Part shown: one piece after another, positions 13,201 to 25,200 of the stretch
How the letters are laid out: each line of letters opens with the position of its first letter
How positions within the stretch are numbered: position 1 is the stretch's first letter
Source of the DNA: Podarcis tiliguerta
Taxonomy: Eukaryota
Reading direction: 5' to 3' (one strand)
Length of the DNA stretch: 64,000 bases
Assembly (NCBI GenBank): GCA_965153285.1
Contig: OZ229118.1
Notes under the pieces: generated by a model
What the model saw: only the letters and a program-made list of their open reading frames with translations
Databases searched by the model: none
Told to the model about the DNA's origin: nothing
Position numbers and translations under genes: made by a program

Positions 13201-16200
13201 TATCTCTGAAAATGAAATTCCATTCTTAGCTATAATGTCAATAGCCATACAGGCCTATTCTCATGAATCTGTCAAATCCTCTTTGAAGCCACCTAAGTTA
13301 CTGTCCATCTCTTCCTCTTGTGGTAATTACTTCCGTAATTAATGTGAGGAAGTGAAACAGAGCAAACAATACATCAGAAATTTTCAACTGTCATATTTTT
13401 TAGGCTTTGATTATTTAAGGTGCCATGGGAAAACTACTTCTATATTGAAGTATAATGGAACGAACCTTTACTATTAAGTTATGTATACATTATGAAGTGC
13501 TTCACCAAAGAAGCAGTTATGTGGCTGACCTGTTGAAGTGATTGATGACAATTTTCTGAAAGTCATTGCAAAGGCACTCAAGGTAGTAAGCATGGGACCT
13601 GTTGGTGGTGGGGCTGATGCCATCTCTTCCCCAGTTAATGCTCTTTCTGTAGATATTTGTGTGACGAAGCTGTAAAGACAAGCCTATAATGTTGGCATCA
13701 TCAACCACCCAAGCAAGCAAACAGCTGACTGAACAATACTGAAGAGGATAACTGTTTGAATCAGAGAAGTTTTGAATGTTAAACGGAGTCTTTGTGCCAG
13801 AGTAAGATCAACTTATGGGACGCGGGCGGCGCTGTGGTTTAAACCACAGAGCCTAGGACTTGCCGATCAGAAGGTTGGCAGCTCGAATCCCCGCAACAGG
13901 GTGAGCTCCTGTTGCTCGGTCCCTGCTCCTGCCAACCTAGCAGTTTGAAAGCACGTCAAAGTGCATGTAGATAAATAAGTACCACACCGGCGGGAAGGTC
14001 AACGGAGTTTCCATGCGCTGCTCTGGTTCGCCAGAATGCTGGCCACATGACCCGGAAGCTGTAAGCCGGCTCCCTCGGCCAATAAAGCGAGATGAGCACC
14101 ACAACCCCAGAATCGGCCATGACTGGATCTAATGGTCAGGGGTCCCTTTACCTTTACCTTTAAGATCAACTTAAACCTGCTTAATCTTTTTGTAGTGTAA
14201 GTTCTTCATACTTATAGCTCAGGCCCTCCAAGTGTCCCTATTTTCTAGGGAAATCCCTGACTTAGAGAAGCTGTCTTGGTTTCTGATTTGATCCCAGAAT
14301 GTCCCACATTTCCTTAGGATGTTCCCATTTTCAATGGAGATATGGTGGAGGGTATGGAATTATCTGACCCTCGAGCCGTCTGAAGGGAATCCTCTACAGG
14401 TTTTTTTTTAATGTTTCATGTTTTATTATGTTTTTATATATGTTGGAAGCTGCCTAGAGTGGCTGGGGCAACCCAGTAAGATGTGTGGGGTATAAATTGT
14501 AAAATTATCGTTATGGAATGGGACGTCCCTATTTTCATTGGAGAAATGTTGGAGGGTATGTTAGGTTATGTCCCCGGGCATATTTTATAGGAATAAGTTT
14601 CATTTAAACAGTACTGTTTCATTAGGAACATGGACATCCAGTGTTTAGAATGCAGTATGAGATTTTGAGTAAGACACATCTAGCTGATGTTATTTCTTTA
14701 AGGACAAATTGTATGCAAAATAATAATACACGTTTCATTGACTATAGTTTATTTCAGCCTAGCAAATGGAGATGTTTCTTTCAAGCTTTATTGTGTTGTA
14801 ACAGTGCAATGTTCTGGTCTGACATCGCACAGAGACATGCTGGGAAAGGAATCAATGAAGACCTTTCCTTTGAAAATAGTAAGCCATTTCTGTCAATAGC
14901 ATAGTTTGAAGCTCATGCTGAGAAATGCAAATAAATGAAAATGGTGCTTCCTATTCGATTCCTTCTAGTGTGTTTGGGGTTAGAGTGTAGGTATATATAT
15001 AAAAGATGAAGCAATGATATTTATTTTGTCAGGTTTTACCTGTTCATTAAAGGCTCTACTTTGCTTCCATCATTTTCAGGTCTAGAGCATGCCACAAGAA
15101 AGTCAGAGACTAATGCTAAGCAGGTGGCAATAAAGATAGGAAGAGGAACAAAGCTTTAAAAAGTGCATATTGTGGGATAACTGAGAAAGATTACAAATTC
15201 AGATAACAGGGTTAAAATAAATTAAAATCGAGGCCAAAAGTGTTGGGGGGGGCAGGGGGAGGTGGTGAAAATGTATATAAAAGTACTTAGAAATGGTTTC
15301 TGAAAAAGGTCTGAATTGGTTTACTGAAAGCAGGCAGAGTATACACTTGCAGATCATTATGTAGAATGCAGTGGTAGACAGAGTGGGAAATGTTTTCTTC
15401 ATTTCCTCATGGATATTGTGGACAGCTTAAGAAAAAAATATTTCTTAAGTGGTGTTCAATACATTTTGCCCGAAGCAACTGCACTGCACAGTTCAAGATA
15501 GAGACCCCACGATTCCCTTTGCTATGTTATAGAGCAGGGTGGGTAATCTCAGGCTAGGGGGCCAAATACAGCCCTCCAGGCCTATTGATCTGGCCCTAAG
15601 AAATTTCCCCAGGCCACACTCACTGGTTCTACTGCACCCCCCACCCCCAAGTGTTTTGCCTGGCTGGAATGTGCCTTTGCACTCTGGTGATTCCTCTTGT
15701 ATGTCTGGATGCAGGATAGAGAGAGATGTGTGTAGAAATTTGCCTACTGTACAAAGGCAAATTTTACACCTGTTGCCCGGGTCCCACCCACCACTGGCCT
15801 ATGTCCCTAGAAGGGAATATTGCCCTTGCACTGGAAAGGGCTTTCCACCCTTGTTACAGAGGATGATGTGGTACAAATATGATATCCCATGATATGTCAT
15901 CAGGACATCTTGAGATATCTTCAACCAGAATATCCATTGAGATGCTTCTATAGATAGCCCAGGCCCTATGTGGCTACAACTACCAATGATGTTCTGAGCA
16001 ACCTACCCTAGAGTGAATGCTTTTCACAAAGTTCTGATGTGCTTCATACGTTGTCTTGTTGATCTCTGGTCTTAGTGGGTGAACGTCAATATATTTTGGT
16101 GCATGGGGACTTGACAGACTGGACTGCAGATCTGTGATGTCTCTTTTGAAGCAGTGACAGTGATCCTCACACTTTCCCTGGACCTGGAATCCTTGATCCA

Positions 16201-19200
16201 CTTCTTGTTGCAAAACTTGCAAAACAGAAATAATTCTATTTAAACTACTCAAATAAGCCACCACCCATATAATGAAGCAAAACAACACCCTGGTCATATA
16301 TTGGATACCTTCCTCACCTGTTCTGAGCAATGTGGTGGCAGCTTCTTGTCCAAGAGCAACTGCAGCATATTCTTGAAATATCTTGTGCAGTTTCTGAAAA
16401 GACGCCAACCATTTGTTCTTCGCTTGTTGCCTGCGAGTAGGATCATTGCTGAGGATATCTTGGTACACTGTGCTGTGCAGACAACATGGAATGCATGAAC
16501 CGTGAGAAACAGGCTAAAAACAAAGAAATGTACAATTGCCCTTGCACTGGAGGTACAAATGTACATCTTCAAAATGTACAATTCGCCAGCTCCGTGAAAT
16601 GCTGAAGAGTAGCCCCACAGACATGTTCCATTCGCAAGTGAGTTTTGGATGGTTGAAAGGAAGATGGGAGCACAAGTCAACAGATCAATGATACAAAATG
16701 CCCATGATACACAGAGCATAGTTATTCATAGCACAGGACAGTGTCTCCATTTTATGGGAAGAAAGTTAGGAGAATCCGCAAATAAACTCACAATCCAGTG
16801 CCTAATTTCACCTCATTTTTATTATGGTCTCCATAAGCTTCCAAAAACAAATGGGGAAAAACAATGCGATTTTTCTAGAAAAAGAGGTGCTGGAACTTAC
16901 CATGAGCACCTCCTTTGTTCTCTTATAATGGCAATGGCACCCACCTAAGAGGTGATGGAACTGAGTTCCAGCAAGTTCTGGCTGAGAAAAAGCCCTGGGG
17001 AGCAGTAGCCAGCACAATTAAGAAAAGATGTCTCTGTCCCTCCATGATTCCCTCCTATGATTCAAGCACTGGCTTTTAGCAGATGAAACAGCAGATATTT
17101 CTGGCATAGAACGACTGTCTCTGGATGTAATATTCATGGAAGAAAGTGACGAGAATACATATTTGCACGAGGAACTGTTTGGGTTCATTTCAATCTCAAA
17201 CCAAACTGCAGTAGACATAGTCAACACTATGGACTATGGACTAGAGCTCAATAAAGGCTCATCCATACTTTCCGTTAAATCCAGACCTAGTTCCATTTTC
17301 AATTTGGTCTTGTGCCAAATTTTTGCCTCGGATTTTACTCCAGGACAGGCCCCTGAAAACCAGTTCTTTCCCATTCATTCTCGTAGTCTGCTGTTCAGAT
17401 TGTCTCCACCTCCCACTCATGGCAGCTGGGTTGAGCAATGACATTCATTTCCCCCCACAGCGGGCATCTTTATACTAGACTCAAACATTCAGACCTGCAC
17501 ACAACCAAAGCACCAGCAACTGTGAGGGGGGAATGAGTCTGCACATTGGTTTCCTTTTTCATGTTAAACTCCTTTTGCTGGCCGGCAATAGCCAATTGAA
17601 GTAAATGGCATGCAAACCTCTGTCGCAGTACTGGAAAGGGAATTTGTTTACAAACAGAGCAAAATGGACACCAAATGCCAGGGAAGGTACACAACAGTTG
17701 TCCCAACGCCTGTAGGTTTTTGCCAAGCTTCTGTAATTTAATAATAACAACAATAATGACAATAACTAACCAAATAGGTTGAAGTCTGTAAACTGCAGGG
17801 ATGTAGTTTTCATCCAACCTGTACCAGCAATCCAGAAGTTGAAGTTCTCTCTCATATTCAGCTACAGTCTTTTGGGTGAGGAGAGAAGCATTAGAAAACT
17901 CCTGCCCATTTGAATTAATCATTTCATATTCCTTCTTGCTGTTTGTCTCAGCTTCAGGTTCTTCTGTTGAGACACTAGGGCTCAGGGCATATTGATTAAT
18001 ATCACCTTGGATTTCATTCTTTTTATCTACTAGAGTTTCTTCCCTCAAACCACTAGACAAACTGTGCTTTGACTTTTTGGTACTCAGCTTCATTTGTTCA
18101 ATTGTGGCTTTGATCGCCTTTAAATCTTCCTTGGCTATTACTGCTGGGAGAGAGGGGTCGTCATGCTTTTGCCCAATAAAAACCTGAAACAGAAAACCAA
18201 AGAAGAGAAAATTGGCTTACAATGGAACCAATAAAGCCTTGGTGCATTTGTTTTGTGAAGCCAGTGGCATCCCGCAGCTACTTCAACCCGAGGTATGACT
18301 GTGGTGCATAAGAATAACCTAATGAACTGAGGCAGCAGAATAGTAACCTAATGAACTGACTGCTACTAGGGGTGATCCAGATACAGGGGTGTAGTTAGCT
18401 GCTCCGGCACCCGGAGTGGGGGGGGGGGAGCAGGGCAAGCTGCCCACGGTGAGCTGTCCATGGAGTCCGCCTGGCAGATGCAAGCCCCACACTGCCGTTT
18501 TGGGCAACATGGGGCCCCGAGCCACCGCATCACTCCCAGGAGAGACGTGTGGCTTGGGTGCGCTGCAGGCCAGGCCCTGTGATAAGTGCCACCCCCTGCG
18601 GTGTGCCATTTGTCACCCCCTCAGGGATGACACCCGGGGTGAACTGCACCCCACACACCCCTTATACATCCCTGTCCAGATATATCCATTTTTGTTTTGA
18701 TATGGACTCCCCTCTTTCTTCCATCCAATGACTTATGAAATGGAAAAACTAGGCCCTGAAATGGCATTTAAAAAACCCTCAGTGTGCTTAACGTATTGCA
18801 AATTCCATCTGGACTTACAACAAACATTTGGAATCCAAGCTGCTGGCATTTCCTTAATGTCTTCATATGTAGGGAAGCCATGTTGTGATCATTAGTGAAG
18901 CCATCTTTTATCCCCCACCTCAGGTCCACCATCCGGAAGTCGTAGCCTCTCTCTTTACAGTATTTGTACAGCCAAGGAAATGACTTTTCCATTAATGCAT
19001 TTCGTTCTACTTCAGAATCTGATTAAGATAATAAAGCAAGCATATTACCTAAATCAATTTGTTGATTAAAAGCAACATTTTTAGAACACGTGGAGATATA
19101 GAAGCAGCTGGCAGACTTTCAGTATATGATTTATAGGCTCACTGCCTATAAATGTAAAAATAAAGTGCTTATTTGAATTGAAAGGGGACCGGGTTCTGGA

Positions 19201-22200
19201 CTCTAGCACCACTAGTTATAATGACTTTTAGGAGCACGATTTATTTCACAGGCAATTGTAAATTCTCAGCACACACTTTTCAGATTAACTTGCTATGCAA
19301 TATTTGGTGTATTTTTTTTTTGTTCTTTTGAACACTTACATTTGCAAAAAAAAAAGCAGAAAACTGCACAAGCAAATTACATTAAAATTTTCTATTATGT
19401 GATTTGCTTGTGTTGTTTTCTGGTTTTGTGCAAATCTGAGGGATGAAACAAATAAACTAAAAAAGTATAGTTCAAGAGCACTCCAGAAATAGTTATCGGC
19501 ATGGCTGGAAAAGCAATGAAAACACTGAGGAGATAGTAGGTGAGGAAAGTGACAATTTACCTATCCACCCCAAAACACCAGCTTATACCACAATAAATCT
19601 GTTAGTCTTAAGATTTTTAACACAAAATTCTGGTGCTTTTGGTTGTACCTTGATAGCCTCCACAGATATAGATCATGAAGATTTTCCTTTTGGATAAACA
19701 CAGAGAATTGATTTGTCCTCTAATGGCAGCTCTGTTTGTATTGCCATCTGAAGACTTGCATGGATAGCATCTGGTTTCATTAGTTATTCCCTGGTCTTGA
19801 AGCAAACGAGCACTAAAGGTTTTTACTTTTTCAGTCTGGGTTTTCAGGTGAGGTAGACTGGATGATGAGGATCCACAGACAGCGGCTCTGTCTGCTTTAT
19901 CTTCTGAACTATTTACATCTGATAACATTAGAGAACCTGATAACACACTTCTCGATAAATCCATTATCCTTCTGTTAATTTTCTTTTCATCAGTTGTCTT
20001 GGTGTTTTCTGAATGGTGGGTTTCTTCACTTGTTTGCCGTTGGAGGAGCCATTTGTTTGTATACGTTGATTTCTGGGTTTCTGTTTCTTTGTGTCTAGAA
20101 ATTACAACTTTTTCAATCAATTCAGTAGTTTTATCCCCATCCAGTGACTCATTTGAGCAAACACTAAAACTTGAATAGTGGCATTTCATCTGATTTATGT
20201 TTGCCTCCGGCTAAAAACAAATAAATGAACAAGCCCATAATTAATTAGATAGCCTTTATAAACTGCCATTTTAATTGCATATATACTGTTGAGCATGCAT
20301 TTCTCTTTATCTCATATACACACAAAATGCCTGTTGACTTCTGCAGTAGTAGTACATATAAGAGATGCAAGATTGGAAAAGGAGGCTAAAATCATGCTTT
20401 GTTGATTTTTAGACTACCTAAATTTGAAATGCTTCACATTACACCAGGGTTAGCAGACATGAAGCCCTCAGATGTTTGACTCCAACTCCCATCCGCCCCA
20501 GCCAGCATGAATAATGATCATGGATGATGAGAGTTGTAGGCCAACTTGTCCTCTGCAAGGATTTTGATCATACATGGACAGCAATGCATAGGGAAAGGAG
20601 AGACCAATACAATATCTGTTATTGGAATCACCTGGCACTGCAGAATAATATAGAAACATACTAGCGGAAGGCTGCAACAACTACACAGTATTGGGGATGC
20701 TGCACAGGTCAGCACAACCGCACACCAGGCTGTGCGGGTCCCCGCAGCGTCTCCTGACACCACACAGGAATGCCCTCCCATCAGATGTCAAACAACTATT
20801 TGACTTTTGGAAGATGCCTAAACAGCAGCCCTGTTCAGGGAAGTTTTATTGTGCTTTTAATATTTTGTTGGGAGCAGCCCAGACTGACTGGGGCAACCCA
20901 GTCAGATGGGCGGCATATAAATAACAAAATCCTTATCCATATAATTCTCATCATCTGGTGATTTCTGTCTTACCCTTAGAATAAACATCTCTGGGTTTCT
21001 CACATGTGATTGACTTTTATCCTCTGATGTGTGTCTCAAGCTTTTCGCAAAATGGAAAGACGTGCAGTGCTAGTGATAAACAAAGCAAATGTTAGGGACA
21101 TTTTGTTTTCCACCCCTTTCAAAAAATTTAAAGGCAAGTAATTACCTACCTTTAAGTGTTTCCTCACTTGCATGTCTGTTTCTTCAGTTATTTTCATATA
21201 CGGTACATGCCAATGACATTTTTGTTTCTAGAAGTAATTTAATAATATAATATAAAAATGGTAAATGAGGGAATTTACTGATGGTGAGGTAATACTTTTA
21301 ATGACCGCTCTTCCCCTTACAGAGCTAATTTCTAGTGTAGTTTAACAATCAATGCCTATTCCCAAGGTACTTGGGGAATTGTAACTCTGTAAGGAGTTGG
21401 GGTCTCCTAAAACTCTCAGTACCCTTAACAAACTATACTTCCTAGAATCCTTTTGGGAAAGACATGGCTGCTTGAAGAGGTATGATACTGCTTTAAATGT
21501 GCAGTACAGATGTGGCCAGAGAGATGTAAATGGGCCAAAATTTGTGAATCTTTCAAGAATGTTTTGACCCTACAAAAGTTTCTTTTTAATGCCCCAAGGG
21601 TCCACATGAGAACATTGCTGATGAATATATACATCATGTGAAATTTTACTTGTAGTATCATAGACTTGTAGAGTTGGAAGGGACCACAAGGGCCAACAAG
21701 TCTACACCCTTCAACATTTCTCCGATGAAAATAGGGACGTCCCATTCCATAATGATAATTTTACTGTTCATACCCCACACATCTTACTGGGTTGCCCCAG
21801 CCACTCTAGGCAGCTTCCAACATATATAAAAACATAATAAAACACTAAACATTTAAAAAACCGAAAACCTTCCCTATACAAGTTTGCCTTCAGACGATTC
21901 GAGGGTTTGATAACTCCATACCCTCCAACATTTCTACAATGAAAACAGGGACATCCTAGGAAAAGTGGGACATTCCAGGACCAAATCAGAAACCGGGACG
22001 GCTTCTCTAAATCAGGGGTGTCCCTGGGAAATTGGGACACTTGGAGGGTCTGCTAGGCCAACCTCCTGCTATGCAGGAATCTTTTTGCCCTACATTGGGC
22101 TCAAACCCACTAAGAGTCTCATGCTCTAGCGACTGAACTATAGTGACGGTTCTGTTCACATAAATGGGAAGAAATATATTTTCTAACAGCGATTCATAGC

Positions 22201-25200
22201 TTCCCTGGGATGAATGATACTCATGCTGAAACCAGAGCTCCTAATAATTAATAGTAAGGTTAAAAGGTAAAGGTACCCCTGCCCGTACGGGCCAGTCTTG
22301 CCAGACTCTAGGGTTGTGCGCTCATCTCACTCTAGAGGCCGGGAGCCAGCGCTGTCTGCAGACACTTCCGGGTCACGTGGCCAGCGTGACAAGCTGCATC
22401 TGGCGAGCCAGCGCAGCACACGGAACACCGTAATAATTAATAGTACTTCTATTTAAAAAGCAGGAAAGTTATTGGTTCTCCTTTGATTTCAACTTCCTTT
22501 AAACATATGCTTGTATCAGTGTATGACAACAAGGCTTTTTTTTTGCATTTCCTAGGATTATGCTATTACTGTACTTAGGTTATTAAACCATTCATGCTTT
22601 GGGAATACACAACACCTCATTAACCTCACCATCAAGCCAGAACAGTAACTCACCCCAGTCCATTTTGAGCAAATATCTTTGCACACATATTTCTGTGAAT
22701 GTGACATCTGTGGGGAGAAGAACAATTCTTGGAGGCTTCTAGAGTGTCCTCGGCTATGCAAATTACCGGAAGGCTAAAAAGAAAAATAAATGCATGTGGC
22801 AGGTTTGGTATAATCCCTTTCATTTCATTAATTTATTACATTTCTATACACTTCATCCAAAGATCTCAGGGCAGTTCCCAACATAAAAATACAAAAATAC
22901 AAAATAAAAACAAAAATACAAATTAAATAATTAAATTAAATTAAATTAAAGCACTACCGTATATACTTTATTTGATTACCCAGCTATTCTTAATATTCCA
23001 CAGGCTAACCGATGGTGTCTTCAGACTGACACTTTATTGTGGGAAGGTTTCAGTCGTATACTGGATGTTAGGTTTGTACAATTAAAGTGGATTTAAATGC
23101 TCTGTTGCCCTAGCACAACAAATCCACTTTAAAAGAAACCCAGATATTTTGCAGTATGGAAAGTGATGAGGAAATGTATTTAAAAATGTGGGATGTACGA
23201 AGGATAAATGGAAATATGTGTAAAGATCCTACAAAACAAATCAGGAAGTATACTCATAACTACCCCCACATAATCAAATCAAGAGGAATGCTTAATTAGA
23301 TTGGGAAAAGTCTAACCACAACATATGCTTCGTGCAAGCAAGTCTGGATGAATGCTTAATTATTATTATTTTTAAAAAAGTCTGGATGAATGCTGAATAA
23401 ATAGGTTGTCTGGAGGAGCATCAAGTTACATGCTAATCAACAGTGATAGAAATTTAGGTTGTGATTCCTAAAGAAACTTGATTAGGGAGTAAACCTCACT
23501 GACCACAGTGCAATTTACTTTCAAGTAAGCAGGGCTAGAACTCCACCACATATAATGAAAAGTGCATTATTGTTAAAATACTTACAGTCACAATATTATC
23601 CAATCGTCTTTTATGAATTGAAGGTAAAACAATTGTTTCTTTGTCACCCTGTAGGAAATACAGCATAAAATTTTGCTGTGCCTCAATTTTGCAAACTACG
23701 CATTCAGCCAAAGCCAGATAAAAATAATGCCTATTGTTGCAAGACTAGAAAAGGCTACATAGGCTCTGGAAATGGTGTGTACCAATTTTATAAAAATGAA
23801 TCTGTATCTGTATACAAAATACATAACAAAATAATGTTTTATATAATTCTACGCAAAGTGTTTGGAACCCCCACCCCACCCCCAAATCCAAAGGAGAGTG
23901 TTCAGAAACTTTAGCTGGCCCAGAATGCTGCAACCAGATTATTGAGTGGAGCAGGTTTCAGGGAGAATTTTACTCTTTTGTTAAACCAACTTCGCAGGCT
24001 ACTTGTGCATTTCCAAGCATAATTGAAAGTGCTGGTTATGACCTACAAAGCCCTATGTGGTTTGGACCCAGGCCTTCTGAAAGATTGTATGTCCCTATAA
24101 AGCTTATGCAGATGCCAAGATCCCAGTGGCGTAGCGTGGGTTGTCAGCACCCGGGGCAAGGCAAGTAGTTTGTGCCCCCTAACCCGTGGATTAGTGCCCC
24201 CTAACCCGTGGATTTGCGCCCCCTAACCCTAACCTCCAGATGTTGCGCCCAGTGCGGCCGGGCCCCCCCCTGCACCCCCCACGCTATGCCACTGCAAGAT
24301 CCTCAGGTGAGCATCTTCTCTTGATCCCATCAACATAGGACCCATGGGTGGGGGTGATGCAAGAGAGAGCTTTTTCCATGGTCGCTTCCATATTGTGGAA
24401 TTCCCTCCCAAGAGAAGTTAGACTGCCTCCCCTCTTTGTTACCCTTCCTCCTGCAGGCTAAGATCTCCTTATTCAGGCAGGCCTTGAAAATGCAGATGAG
24501 ATCACTGGGCTGCTGGAAGGGCAAACTGATACCACCAGATAAGTGAAAAGTGGCTGCGGTGCACGGAGGCCACCGCATGATCTCACAGGATCTTGCTGAA
24601 ATCCAGAAGTTGCAGCCGTGCAACTGGTTAGCAAGGCCAGAGGTAAGGTCGTGTGTGTGGTGCATGTGTCGGGCAGCCGCTTGCTATTTCACCTCAGGCA
24701 GCAAAATAGGCTGAGCCTGCTTCTGTGTCTGCATGGGCCTAGGGCACATGCTCATTTTATGCCGGCTTCTAATGGTTTTATGTTGGCTGTGTTGATATGT
24801 TCTTAATTGGTCCTGATTCTATTTGATGGTGATTCTGTATTTATTGATTCATAACTTTTCGAAACACCTAGATGACTTTGTTGATAAGCAGCATAAAAAT
24901 GTTGTAAATAAGTAAGTACGATATATTACATCTATTCTCCCTTTCTTAATCTGTGAGAATTTAACAGAAAGATTGGGCACTTTTAAATTGAAATGAAGAT
25001 ACAGAGGAGGGAGTATATATCGCCTCTAATAATATAAAAGCTAGCATAAAAATTGAACAGCAGATTTAGAATCATAGAATCATAGAATCATAGAGTTGGA
25101 AGAGACCACAAGGGTCATCCAGTCCAACCCCCTGCCAAGCAGGAAACACCATCAGAGCACTCCTGACATATGGTTGTCAAGCCTCTGCTTAAAGACCTCC

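Noticed and set aside
13816-13900. tRNA-like sequence with A/B-box motifs (also at ~36220 and ~54520)
   Set aside because: tRNA-derived heads of Sauria SINEs, continuous with SINE body, tail and TSD; not tRNA genes.
24170-24235. ccctaaccc repeats as an interstitial telomere or CRISPR-like array
   Set aside because: Only 2-3 units with no unique spacers, lying inside a TIR/TSD-bounded MITE.
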